56,958 bases of DNA from contig CALLFD010000157.1 in the NCBI GenBank assembly GCA_937997605.1, positions 1 to 56,958 on the forward strand, given 5' to 3'. Of the stretch, positions 42,763-52,433 are shown one piece after another. Position 1 is the first letter of the stretch. Each line of letters opens with the position of its first letter. Under the pieces are notes generated by a model. It made no database searches and was not told where the DNA came from. It was given only the letters and a program-made list of their open reading frames with translations. Source of the DNA: an uncultured Collinsella sp. GTDB lineage: Bacteria; Actinomycetota; Coriobacteriia; Coriobacteriales; Coriobacteriaceae. Made by a program: the position numbers and the translations under genes.

Positions 42763-43167
42763 CTATTCGTCTTCTTCGTCAACGTCCGGAGTAAGATCTC
42801 CGAGGTAGACGAGCTGCTCTTTGGCTTGGGTGACGACATGCCTCACCACATCGGGAGTAAGCTGTCCGGCGTGGAGCGAGAGCTCGAGGGCCACGGGAAG
42901 GTTTACGCCGGTCACTATGAACGCGCCTCGCGGAGCCGAGCAGGCTACGAGCTGGTTTACGCTGCCCTGAAGGATGTCGGTGAGAACGAGGGTCTCGTCA
43001 TCTTCGGCGATGCCCTCGAATGCGCTGGCGAGCTTCTCCTCGAGCGGGGTTTCGTCTGTAAACGCGCAGACAACCCTGATGTCGTGCCCCGGTCCTATGA
43101 TGGCCTTGAGCGTGTCTCCGAGTCCGGCTGCCAGGCCGTAGTGCGATGCAATGATGATGTGCCTCAT
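42763..43167 (-). CDS. PTS mannose-family EIIA
   Basis: IIIASHY, LTDILQGSVNQ, TGVNLP. Confidence 0.9.
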   Translation of the reverse strand: MRHIIIASHYGLAAGLGDTLKAIIGPGHDIRVVCAFTDETPLEEKLASAFEGIAEDDETLVLTDILQGSVNQLVACSAPRGAFIVTGVNLPVALELSLHAGQLTPDVVRHVVTQAKEQLVYLGDLTPDVDEEDE

Positions 43168-43200
43168 AATGCGTCCTTTGTGGGTTGGTCTAGCCCTAGG

Positions 43201-44061
43201 CTAGGCAGCAAGAATGCCGAAAGCCGCGCACACCCACGAGATGATGAGGATGCCGAGGACAATCTTGTTGATGCTGACCTTGCGCTTGACGAGGGCGTAG
43301 ACGATGGCTGTGGCTATTACGGGCAGCATGCCGACCATGATTTGGTCGAGGATGCCCGTCTGGACGTCGAGCGTGACGTCACCCATGGTGAACGTGAGAC
43401 CACACGAGACCTTGATGACGGTGGGGATGAGCACACCGACGACCATCATGCCAAGTGCCGACGTCGACTCGGTGAAAACGGACATCTTCTCGGCAAGGGT
43501 CGTGAAGAGCTTGTCGCCGAACTTATAGCCTATGCGCCAGTCAAAGAGCTTCCATACGAAGATGGCGATGGCGACGGCGAGCCAGAGAAGCACGCCGACG
43601 GGGTTTCCCGCCTGTCCCATGTAGGCGGCGATGGAGCCGAAGATGGTGGGGATGAGGATGGCGAAGATCGTATCGCCGACTCCTGAGAGGGAGCCCATGA
43701 GGCCAATCTTAAGGTCTTGGACCGCGTCGATGGCGTCATTGTGCCCCTTGTCCTCCAAGGCTAGGCCGGCGCCGAGGAGCAGGCCGCTTACCTGGGGAGT
43801 CGCATTGTAATAGCGATAGGTGCTCAGAAGTGACCTGCGGTAGCCCTCCTCGTCTCCTGCATAGATCTTGCGCAGGGCGGGTTCGGTTGCGAACATGACC
43901 GCCGGGGCACACTGGGACTCATAGTTATAGATGGACGCGCCGAGCATCCAGCGGCGGCCGCAACGGTCGAGATCGGAAACGGTGAGGACTGGCTGGTACG
44001 TTCCGTCTGCCAGGCGGGTTGGCGCTTCGTTTGCCTTGGTGGCGTTAACTTCGTTACTCAT
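43201..44061 (-). CDS. PTS mannose-family EIID
   Basis: YNYE, YYNATP, KIGLMGSLSGVGDT, LDQIM. Confidence 0.92.
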   Translation of the reverse strand: MSNEVNATKANEAPTRLADGTYQPVLTVSDLDRCGRRWMLGASIYNYESQCAPAVMFATEPALRKIYAGDEEGYRRSLLSTYRYYNATPQVSGLLLGAGLALEDKGHNDAIDAVQDLKIGLMGSLSGVGDTIFAILIPTIFGSIAAYMGQAGNPVGVLLWLAVAIAIFVWKLFDWRIGYKFGDKLFTTLAEKMSVFTESTSALGMMVVGVLIPTVIKVSCGLTFTMGDVTLDVQTGILDQIMVGMLPVIATAIVYALVKRKVSINKIVLGILIISWVCAAFGILAA

Positions 44062-44827
44062 CTTCCAGACCTCCAGCGTCGAGGGCGTTTACGGACGGAT
44101 TGCTGTGCGACTTGTAGTACTCGATGGCCGCGGCGGCACCGAGCAGGGCAATGGGGAGAATGCTTATCTGCAGGTAGGCGGCCAGAACGAAGCCAACGAT
44201 GGCGTAGGCGATGAATTTCTTCATTGGCATGAAGGACAGAAGCATCGCAAGGCCGACGACGGGGAGGATACCGGCGGCGATGGAGAGGCCGGTCGTGAAC
44301 CAGGAGGGCATGACGGAGAGGAAAGCGTTGACGGCATCGGCGCCAAAGAGCAGTACGGCAAACGTGGGGATGGCCGCCGTAAGGCCATAGAAGACCGGAC
44401 CGAGGAAAAGTACGCTCTTCATCTGCGAGTACTTGCCCTCTTCGGCAAAGCGCTGCGAGGTACGCCCGAGGAAGCCGTTTGCCGTCTTGGCGATGACGTC
44501 GAGCTGAAGGCCGAGCATGCCGACTGCGATTCCGGCGGCAACGCCGACGCTCGCCTCCTGACCCGAGGTGATGGCAACGACGGCGCCAATGATGGCGGCA
44601 GTGGGATAGTCGGGGACGGAGGCTCCTCCCATGGCCGCCACGCCCAGGCTCATGAGTTGGACGATGGCGCCGACGGCGAGGCCGGTTACGGGGTCGCCGA
44701 GCGCAAGTCCGACGAACCATGCTGGCGTGACGGACATGTTCGTGAGAATTTGTCCCGCGTTCTTCTCGGCTCCGTAGATGAAGGCGATGAGTGTAACGAC
44801 GGCTATCTGGATGATGGATGGTGTCAT
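44054..44827 (-). CDS. PTS mannose-family EIIC
   Basis: GLALGDPVTGL, LGVAAMGGASVPD, GILPVVGLAMLL. Confidence 0.92.
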   Translation of the reverse strand: MTPSIIQIAVVTLIAFIYGAEKNAGQILTNMSVTPAWFVGLALGDPVTGLAVGAIVQLMSLGVAAMGGASVPDYPTAAIIGAVVAITSGQEASVGVAAGIAVGMLGLQLDVIAKTANGFLGRTSQRFAEEGKYSQMKSVLFLGPVFYGLTAAIPTFAVLLFGADAVNAFLSVMPSWFTTGLSIAAGILPVVGLAMLLSFMPMKKFIAYAIVGFVLAAYLQISILPIALLGAAAAIEYYKSHSNPSVNALDAGGLEDE

Positions 44828-44842
44828 AAGTTCACTCCCTTG

Positions 44843-45331
44843 CTAAAGCGTGATGATGCTGGAGAGCTCTACGGGCTTGTCGGCCGGCACATAGCGAACG
44901 GTGATGTCGCAGCCGGTGCCAGCAATCGCTCGATATGCGGGCAGCTCGTCTTTGGTGACGTAGGCGCGACTGCTCACCTGGACGGCGTCTGACCCCTCTT
45001 CGGGAAAGACTGTGCCTCCGACCACGAGTGTGGGAACAACCTGGCCCGTCTGTATGACGTCGAGGATGGTCTGGGGGTCTCGCGCCACGATGAAGACCGT
45101 GTGGTCGTCGTACTTGCCCGCCCGATAGTTCGTGAGAGCCGTCTCCTTGTTGATAATGGAGAGGGCGACTCCCGAGGGCTTTGCCATCCGCATGGCGGCC
45201 TTCTTGGTCGGGTCGTTGGCGACGATGTCATCGATGACCATGAGACGCTGCGGACGGAACTCGGGTACCCACTGGGTTGCCACTATGCCGTGTAGCAGGC
45301 GGTTGTCGATGCGTGCTGCGATGATGCTCAT
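44843..45331 (-). CDS. PTS mannose-family EIIB
   Basis: ARIDNRLLHGIVATQW. Start at MSII after a GGAAGG RBS. Confidence 0.92.
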   Translation of the reverse strand: MSIIAARIDNRLLHGIVATQWVPEFRPQRLMVIDDIVANDPTKKAAMRMAKPSGVALSIINKETALTNYRAGKYDDHTVFIVARDPQTILDVIQTGQVVPTLVVGGTVFPEEGSDAVQVSSRAYVTKDELPAYRAIAGTGCDITVRYVPADKPVELSSIITL

Positions 45332-45394
45332 GTGATGTTGGCTTCCTTCCTTTGCTTGCGTGACGTGTTTCGGCATGGCCTGTGCCGAAGCGCG

Positions 45395-45585
45395 TCATTC
45401 GTCCTGCCGGGCCGCGGACCCGTCGTTCAGCGTGGCCTGCCTGCGCGGGGCATGCCGGGAATTGATGTAGTCGTATGCGTAGGCGATCTCCGCGACGGGG
45501 ACCTCCACGTGGTAATGGGCGGAAATGTCAGAGAAGCTCGTGCGGAATGCGATCGAGGTAGGCTCTGTGTCTCGGGGATGTTCAT
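45395..45585 (-). pseudogene. Internally deleted duplicate of the LevR-like regulator
   Basis: The first codons (MNIPETQ) are joined to the last ~50 codons of 37995-40748 at an ATGC microhomology. Confidence 0.9.
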
Positions 45586-45801
45586 GCGGCTGGTCCTCCT
45601 TTCGCCACACACCTTACGGGCGGGGTGGTGCGCGGAACGGGTTGGCGCCAGTGTTTCGTCACGGGCGCGTGCACTTCGGCACTCCATGCTACATCTGAGT
45701 GGCATATGGCGACTTCTCGACACTCGCGCTCGACACAGCGAGCGGAAATGGCGCTGCCTGCCGAGCGCCTCGCGGGCGCATCCCGACCGCAGAAGTGAGC
45801 G
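45586..45801. repeat. Diverged duplicate of the regulator upstream region (other copy ~40749-40962)
   Basis: Colinear alignment with scattered substitutions. Confidence 0.9.
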
Positions 45802-45878
45802 CGAAGGCTCGTCGAAGTGCTGGGTGGGGGACCAGCGGTCTGGATACGCGGTTTCGTTCGGCGAAGGCGGCGAGGCGA

Positions 45879-46007
45879 ATGGCATGGCGAACGTACGGGT
45901 TTGACGTGAACGGGTTGCCCGTGGCGGCGTGGTATCGGGAGGAGACGGTCGAGCAGGTGCTCGCGCCGCTGCTCGCCCGTCTCGCGCGCTCGCATCAGGA
46001 GAAGGGG
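45879..46007 (+). pseudogene. 5' remnant of a YggC-like P-loop kinase
   Basis: FDVNGLPVAAWYREETVEQVLAPLLARL resembles the recalled YggC N-terminus. Similarity ends before any Walker A motif. Confidence 0.5.
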
Positions 46008-46265
46008 TCGCAGGCCCATCTCGGCAACCCGGTGCGCATACGCTATTGCGACCGGGACGGCCACGTGTCGCGAACGGATATCGTCCGCCAGGTGGACGTC
46101 GCGCCGCGAAATGCAGACTCGCCTCAATCGTCGGTAAGGGGTGCCGCGGGCGATACGATGGAATCCACGGACCGCACCGCGCCGCCGAGATTGCGACGCG
46201 AACGCAGGCGATGCGCCCGAAAAACTCCTCCGCGCATGTAGGGCGAAACGCCAGATTGGAGCTCC

Positions 46266-47466
46266 ATGAACGATTTCTCCTTCTACTCCCCCACCCGCTT
46301 TGTCTTTGGGCGAAAAGCGACCGACAAGGTTGGGGGACTCTGTCCGCCTCCGGCTACCGCTGAGCGCTCATTGTCTACGGCAGGGGTTCCGCAGTTCGCT
46401 GCGGAACGCTCGTCCGCGTGAGGGCATCGCTCGATGCCGCGGGCGTGGAGCACATCGGGCTTGGAGGGGTGCGTCCAAACCCCGAAATAGGCTTGGCACG
46501 AGAAGGCGTCGAGCTCGCACGGGCAAACGACGCCGACATCATCCTGCCCGTGGGCGGCGGCTCCGTCATGGACTGCGCGAAGGCCATCGCACTGGGGCGG
46601 TATACGACGGCGACGTATGGGACTTCTTCCGCAAGCGCGCCGTTCCCGCCGACCGCATCGACGTCGCCTGCGTGGTGACCATCCCCGCATCCGGTTCCGA
46701 GGCCTCTAACTCCTGCGTTATCAGCAACGACGAGGAGCACCTCAAATGCAGCATTAACACGGACCTCAACCGCCCGGCCATCGCCTTCCTCGACCCGGAG
46801 CTGACCTTCAGCCTGCCCGCCTGCCAGACCGCCGCGGGAGTGACCGACATGATCGCCCATATCATGGAGCGACTCTTCTCCGGCGAGCCCGCCGTGGGCG
46901 TAACCGACAACATCGCCTGCGGGCTAGTGCGCGCCGCGAGGGAGGCGGCGCCCAAGGTGATGGAGAACCCCGATGACTACGACGCCCGCGCCGAGATCAT
47001 GTGGGTGGGTACGCTCGCCCATAACGCCCTGCGCGACGGCGATTGGACCTGCCGCGGCCTTGAGCACGAGCTATCCGCACTGGACACCAAGATCACGCAC
47101 GGCGCCGGCCTCGCCGTCATCTTCCCCGCCTGGATGCGCTACGTATGGCGAGAGCACCCTGAGCGCTTCCTGGAGTTCAGCGCCCAGGCCCTTGGCATCG
47201 AACCCATCGATTCGGACGCGGACGAGCTCGATGTGGAGGTAACCCCCGAGCAGGCAATCGAGTACGCGGTCGAAGCGACCATCGACGAGCTGCAGGATTT
47301 CTTCGTCTCGCTGGGAATGCCGCGCGCGCTATCGGAGTTCGGAGTCACCGAGGACGATATCGAAAAGATGATTCCGGGCCTCAAGATCAACCGCGGAGAG
47401 CTCTTCGGCAGCTTCAGGAAGCTCACGCTGGACAACGCGAGAAAGATTTACCGCAGCGCACTCTAG
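46266..47466 (+). pseudogene. Iron-containing alcohol (butanol) dehydrogenase, multiply frameshifted
   Basis: MNDFSFYSPTRFVFG, VRPNP, GGGSVMDCAK, TIPASGSE, LDPELT, DMIAHIME, HGAGLA, spread over several frames with a stop and deletions. Confidence 0.88.
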
Positions 47467-47555
47467 GAAACAGATGCCAGTCCCCCACGGGCGAGCAGCA
47501 CGGCGGCCCCCGCAAACCAGAAACGGCGCCGCTCCCGCGACGCCGTCATATTCCC

Positions 47556-47600
47556 TGGTGCCCCCGGGCGGATTCGAACCGTCGACACCCGCTTTAGGAG
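47556..47600 (-). tRNA. 3' half of tRNA-Arg(CCT): att-site duplication, not a full tRNA
   Basis: Minus strand reads CTCCTAAAGCGGGTGTCGACGGTTCGAATCCGCCCGGGGGCACCA: anticodon loop, T-arm GTTCGAATC and CCA end. The 5' half is missing. Confidence 0.9.
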
Positions 47601-47792
47601 ATATGATTTAATGCTACCCCCTACCATTCATCCAGCGTCATTGAACATCATATAACCGCAGATAAACATAGCAGTTTGTATCTTTTGCCTCCGGTAGCGG
47701 CGCCTACGCTTTTACAAACATATTACTAACAGCTTTAGCTAAACTGCACTCAATGAATTGTTGAAAACTATTCAAAGAAACGGAGTGTAAAG

Positions 47793-49040
47793 ATGTCAGA
47801 ACAGCCACTTATCAGTGGAAGAGGTACATGCTGGAAAGACAAGAGGTCGCCTAACACCTACCGCTATTATTTCTCACTTGGGATCAAGGACCCTAAGACG
47901 GGGCGCTACAAACGATCCCCAACTTATACAGTTCGTTGCAAGACTAAAACAGAAGCTAAGGCTGCAATGCAGGCCAAGCTGGCTGAAATCAACTCCTCTG
48001 GCACGATTACTAAAACTAAAAAGCCCACTTTGCTTGCGTCCTACTGCTGGGCCTTTCATGAAAATAGGGACACCGAGCTTGCGCCAACGAGCTATGAAAG
48101 AGAAGCGTACGATTGCAGGCATATCGAAGACCTATTCGGTGCGTTTCAGACAATTGAGGGGCTAACTCCCGATCTAATCGAAGAAGCATATGCCGAAGCT
48201 CGTCGTACGGGAAAATACAGACCATCAGAGCTTGTGCGAATCAATGCGAAACTGCGTCAGATTCTGTCGAATGCAGTCGCAAAGAGAATAATTGACCGAA
48301 ACCCCTGCGCTACCGTTCATGTTCGCAGGCCACGCAACAAAAGAGAATCACTGACAATCGACCAAGTAGCTACCCTATGCACACATCTTCAACACATTGA
48401 GCTCACCGCCGAAGCTGTTGGTACGCTAGTACTAGTGTATACGGGTATGCGGAAAGGTGAGATGTTGGGCCTCGAATGGCGCGATTGGGACCCTGCCAAT
48501 AAAACCTTGAAAATTGACAGGCAGTACACCAACGACCATGAACTGAGGGCACCCAAGTCACAAGAAAGCCAACGCAAAATCCCCGTTGGAGAAACCTTGG
48601 CCGAACGTCTTCAATCATGGTCGGCCATACAAAAAGAGCTCCTGGCCTCTCTGGGGCTGTCCCAGACTGGCAGCACTCCCATCATTAGCGATATTGCTGT
48701 CAAGCAGGGGGTCCCTACTGTCTGTCACATGAAAAACTACATCTTCAACCATTGGTTTCGCGATTTCGCAGTTAGCTGCAACCTTGGAATCTATGAGCCG
48801 AACAATTCGACTGGCGGAAAACTATATAAGGGCATCTGCCCGCATCAGCTCAGGCATTGTGTAAGCACTTTTATGCTGGCGAACGGATCGGACGTTAGAA
48901 GCGTGCAAGGTATTCTTGGCCACGCGGACCCCAATATCACGCTCAAAACGTATACAAGCCTCGTTCAACAATCAGAAATAAAAGCAGTTAAAGGCTACGA
49001 AGACTTCATCAACGCCTATATACAGAAAAGCGAGAAATAG
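47793..49040 (+). CDS. int: Tyrosine recombinase/integrase
   Basis: Catalytic motifs TGMRKGE, PKS, HQLRH and LGHA...TLKTY; N-terminal arm-binding-like domain; next to the att site. Confidence 0.95.
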   Translation: MSEQPLISGRGTCWKDKRSPNTYRYYFSLGIKDPKTGRYKRSPTYTVRCKTKTEAKAAMQAKLAEINSSGTITKTKKPTLLASYCWAFHENRDTELAPTSYEREAYDCRHIEDLFGAFQTIEGLTPDLIEEAYAEARRTGKYRPSELVRINAKLRQILSNAVAKRIIDRNPCATVHVRRPRNKRESLTIDQVATLCTHLQHIELTAEAVGTLVLVYTGMRKGEMLGLEWRDWDPANKTLKIDRQYTNDHELRAPKSQESQRKIPVGETLAERLQSWSAIQKELLASLGLSQTGSTPIISDIAVKQGVPTVCHMKNYIFNHWFRDFAVSCNLGIYEPNNSTGGKLYKGICPHQLRHCVSTFMLANGSDVRSVQGILGHADPNITLKTYTSLVQQSEIKAVKGYEDFINAYIQKSEK

Positions 49041-49258
49041 CATGTTATTCATTCATCGTTTCATCAATAATATTACGGTACTATACTACTATTTCCGCAG
49101 GTAGACGCTTTATTTGATTGACATCTAATGAGTTTTAATAGATTCTAAAGCTGTCAGATGGCTACGCATGTAGTCATAAAAACCGGCCCCCCAAGTGCTT
49201 ATGAACCTGGTAAGTCTTACAAGCACAGGGAGGGCCCTCATTGAAAGGATAGCTCATC

Positions 49259-49504
49259 ATGGCTACTCCACAGATTAGCACTCAGGCGTCCACACCGACT
49301 TTCCCCACTGGTGCCGCTCAGTGCGATCGGTTGCTCCGCGTTAACGATATCCGCGAACTCACTGGCTGGAGCGAAAACACCGCGCGCAAGTTTATGCGCG
49401 AGTCCGGCAAGCTCATCCAAATCCATCGCTCGAATTACATGTTAGAAAGCTCGTTCTACGAACTTTTCAAGCAGCTTGAAGGTCGTACCGCCCACCTTGA
49501 CTAG
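49259..49504 (+). CDS. Excisionase-like HTH protein
   Basis: 81 aa with LLRVNDIRELTGWSENTARK; GAAAGGA RBS; directly after int. Confidence 0.65.
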   Translation: MATPQISTQASTPTFPTGAAQCDRLLRVNDIRELTGWSENTARKFMRESGKLIQIHRSNYMLESSFYELFKQLEGRTAHLD

Positions 49505-49513
49505 GCGGTAAAC

Positions 49514-49900
49514 ATGAGCGAGCTACCGTCGATTTCCGACAAATATTCCGATGATGTTACTGAGCAACGAGAGATTAGAAGGAAAATGGATAACGCGAAT
49601 TTTATTTCGGTGCCCGACTGGGCGTGTTGTGCCACCACTGTCGCTGCCGAGCGCCTCATCCTCGGCCTAGTATGGAAGCTTGGAAATCCTTCCAAAAACA
49701 AACGAGCCATGGGCTTTTACGCAAAAAGCAAATGGATTGAGGAGCGCTACCACCTGAGTAAGAACACGATCTCCCGGGCCTATACCTCTTTGAAGGATAA
49801 AGGGTTTATTCAAAAAGCGGGCGATGGCAGCTGGATGCTTAATTACGCCGCAGTCTACCCCGCCGCAATCGAAAACGGCTGGGAGCCCAAGAAATCTTAA
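49514..49900 (+). CDS. Winged-HTH protein, possibly replication-related
   Basis: FYAKSKWIEERYHLSKNTISRAYTSLKDKGFI wHTH pattern. Confidence 0.6.
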   Translation: MSELPSISDKYSDDVTEQREIRRKMDNANFISVPDWACCATTVAAERLILGLVWKLGNPSKNKRAMGFYAKSKWIEERYHLSKNTISRAYTSLKDKGFIQKAGDGSWMLNYAAVYPAAIENGWEPKKS

Positions 49901-50358
49901 GTCCATAGCCCGACTATCGAGGTCGTGAAGGTCGGTAATCGCCGGGCGTCTATAAGAGCATGTCGCGGATGTAAAATGAAACAGGGTCGAACCGAAACAG
50001 TTCCCGGACAATTGGCGTCCGGCCAGACACTTCGATTCGACCCTTTTTCATGCCCGCATCTAAAACAATCCCATAATCATTCTCGACATCTTTAACGCCA
50101 TCACTCTCCCGCCACCAACACGTCGTAGGTGCCATTTTCAACGAATCGATATGACCGTCCATTCATGGTCTTTAAGGCGCGTGATACCATGAAAACGTGC
50201 GGTATTTCTCCAACCGAAAACCTGCGTGAATGCATGACTTGAGACGCCTTTTAGAACTCACCGATCGCAGGGCGAACACAAATCAACAGCGGCCGTGCAT
50301 TGTTCCCAGCCATATGGCATGGCGGAGCCATGCCCGTTGTTGATTGGAGTGCCGCACC

Positions 50359-50985
50359 ATGGCAGACGAGAAGAAAATCAGGGAGATCTACGACGTGAAG
50401 TCCGTCCTCGATGAGGCCGCCGAGCGAATCGAGGCGACGTGGCGGGAGAAGCTGCTGCGCGAGACGGGCGACCTCAGAACCGAGAACGCGTTGCTCAGGG
50501 CCCAGCTCGACGAATTCAACCGCAAGCTCGTCGAGGCGAGAGACCGGAACGAAAGACTTGAGGCCGACTGCAATGAGCGGGTCGCCTTTATCGAGGAGAA
50601 GTTCGAGCTCGACACCGCGAGCATCGAGCTCGAGAACAATGAGCTCCATGCCGCGAGCGTCAGATACCTCGCCGATGCCAGGGAGCTCGGCAGGCAGGTC
50701 GTCCAGCTCCACGCCGAGGCTGAGGCCATGTCCGATGAGATCGAGCGTCTGCGCGTCGAGCGTGACGCCGCGTTGAAAGCCCAAGCCGAGCTGAGCGATG
50801 CGCTCCTGGCCCAGCACGACCTGATGGCCGAGATCGCCGCCCTCAAGGACCGCCTCGCCACCTCCGAGCAGCGTGCGGCCGTGGCCGAGGCCAAGGTCGA
50901 GGTCATGACCCAGATGAGGGGCGAGTGGCCACGCGCTTCTCCTGCCAGGCTGCTGATTTCTAGGAACCTTCTAGAGCGCTTCTAG
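50359..50985 (+). CDS. Coiled-coil protein of unknown function
   Basis: E/R/A/L-rich heptad pattern; GGAG RBS before MADEKK; high-GC3 codon usage. Confidence 0.75.
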   Translation: MADEKKIREIYDVKSVLDEAAERIEATWREKLLRETGDLRTENALLRAQLDEFNRKLVEARDRNERLEADCNERVAFIEEKFELDTASIELENNELHAASVRYLADARELGRQVVQLHAEAEAMSDEIERLRVERDAALKAQAELSDALLAQHDLMAEIAALKDRLATSEQRAAVAEAKVEVMTQMRGEWPRASPARLLISRNLLERF

Positions 50986-50998
50986 AAGGTTCCTAGAA
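50958..50998. repeat. Perfect 18-bp inverted repeat at a convergent gene junction
   Basis: TTCTAGGAACCTTCTAGA-GCGCT-TCTAGAAGGTTCCTAGAA. Confidence 0.9.
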
Positions 50999-51708
50999 CC
51001 GGGCTCAGCATCTTCGATCGGCACGATGTCTCGGTAGATAAGGCGATGCTTGGCGTCACGCCACTCGTCACCGTGGTAGTGGCCGAAGAACCAGGCTCGG
51101 TAGCCGAGCCGGTCGTCGAGCTCGGCAAGGAATCGCTGAAGTCGGTCGCCCCGATACTCGCGTCCGCGCTCCCGGCACAACCCCTCAGCAAGGGCAGCAG
51201 GAGCCTCGTGAGTCACAACGTGGTCGACCTTCCAGCCCACGCGGTCGAGCGAGGCGCGGCAGTGGTCCATCTCCTCCTCGCTCGGCATCTCCTCGGGCCA
51301 CCAGCTCCTCCCCTCCCTGCGATATTGCCTGTCATGGCTCGCGGCGCCGCCCATGGCAAGGACTGTGAGCCCGTCGATATCGAACACCTCTCCGCGCATC
51401 AGGTGCAGCACGTGCGGTCGCGCCTCGTGGACGAGGCCGCCGTTCCACTCCCGCACCGGCAGTTCTGCCAGCATCCGGTGGTTCTCATGGTTGCCGTCTA
51501 CGAAACACGTTGTCCACGGCTTCGACTCGAACCAGTCGAGCCAGTATTTCTCGGCGTTGGATCCATCCCAGACAAAGCCGAAGTCGCCGGCCACGATCAC
51601 CGCGTCATCGCGCGTCAGGGTCCGGCCCAGCGGCCAATTTTTGAATGCAAACCGGCTGGACCCGTACTCGGCCCTGCCGTGCACGTCGCCTGTCACATAG
51701 ACCGTCAT
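50971..51708 (-). CDS. Calcineurin-like metallophosphoesterase 3
   Basis: GDVHG, AGDFG, DGNHE, THE, GHYH. Confidence 0.92.
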   Translation of the reverse strand: MTVYVTGDVHGRAEYGSSRFAFKNWPLGRTLTRDDAVIVAGDFGFVWDGSNAEKYWLDWFESKPWTTCFVDGNHENHRMLAELPVREWNGGLVHEARPHVLHLMRGEVFDIDGLTVLAMGGAASHDRQYRREGRSWWPEEMPSEEEMDHCRASLDRVGWKVDHVVTHEAPAALAEGLCRERGREYRGDRLQRFLAELDDRLGYRAWFFGHYHGDEWRDAKHRLIYRDIVPIEDAEPGSRNLLEAL

Positions 51709-52433
51709 CAGTACGCACCCCACGGCAGGAGTTTGTCCCCGAGTCTCACGATCCGGTCATACGGCACCGTGTGCCGTTCGTCCGGATTGCCGTCTCGGTG
51801 AAAATGGCCGTAATACCAGTGTTTATAGTCCAGGCGGTCCTCGAGCTCGTCAAGGAATTCGGTCAGCCGGTCCACATTGGGGCGTTCCCAGCCTGGGTCC
51901 GGGTAGAGCGTCGGCGAGAGCATGCGCGTCGAGCAGGTGTGGGTGATGACGCAGTCGACCTTCCAGCCGACCTCGTCGAGCTTTGCCCGCGCGGCATCGA
52001 AATCGCGCTCGTCCGGGAGCACCTGAGGCCACCAGCTGGAATACGGCACGCGGTATTCCCTGTCCACGCTCGTGGCAACGCCCATGGTGAAGACCGTCGA
52101 ACCGTCGAGCTCGAAGACCTCGCCGCGCGTCAGGCGCCGAATGGGCGAGGTGTCCGACAGGCGCTGCGTCAGCCCACCGTGCCACAGTTCCATGGGTCGC
52201 TCCGCCCAGTGATTGAAGCGCTCGTGGTTGCCGTCGACGAACAGTACCGTGTAGGGGCGCGACTCCAGCCAGGCGATGTCGGCGCATTCCTCGGCGGAAA
52301 AGTTCCACGGAAAGCCAAAGTCACCGGCAACGATGAGATAGTCGTCGCTGGTAAGGCCATCCCCAAGCTCCCAGTCGCGGAGCTTTTGCATGTCGAGCCC
52401 ACTGTGGATGTCGCCCGTCACATAGACCGTCAT
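51708..52433 (-). CDS. Calcineurin-like metallophosphoesterase 2 (paralog of 3)
   Basis: GDIHS, AGDFG, DGNHE, THT, GHFH. True start is MTVYVTGD at 52433; the ORF track over-extends it. Confidence 0.92.
   Translation of the reverse strand: MTVYVTGDIHSGLDMQKLRDWELGDGLTSDDYLIVAGDFGFPWNFSAEECADIAWLESRPYTVLFVDGNHERFNHWAERPMELWHGGLTQRLSDTSPIRRLTRGEVFELDGSTVFTMGVATSVDREYRVPYSSWWPQVLPDERDFDAARAKLDEVGWKVDCVITHTCSTRMLSPTLYPDPGWERPNVDRLTEFLDELEDRLDYKHWYYGHFHRDGNPDERHTVPYDRIVRLGDKLLPWGAY

Noticed and set aside
45365..45392. GG-N10-GC sigma-54-like motif upstream of EIIB
   Set aside because: It lies within a GC-rich hairpin very close to the RBS, and the cognate regulator lacks GAFTGA; probably chance.
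47556..47600. Functional tRNA gene
   Set aside because: The D-arm and 5' acceptor strand are absent; treated as an att duplication.
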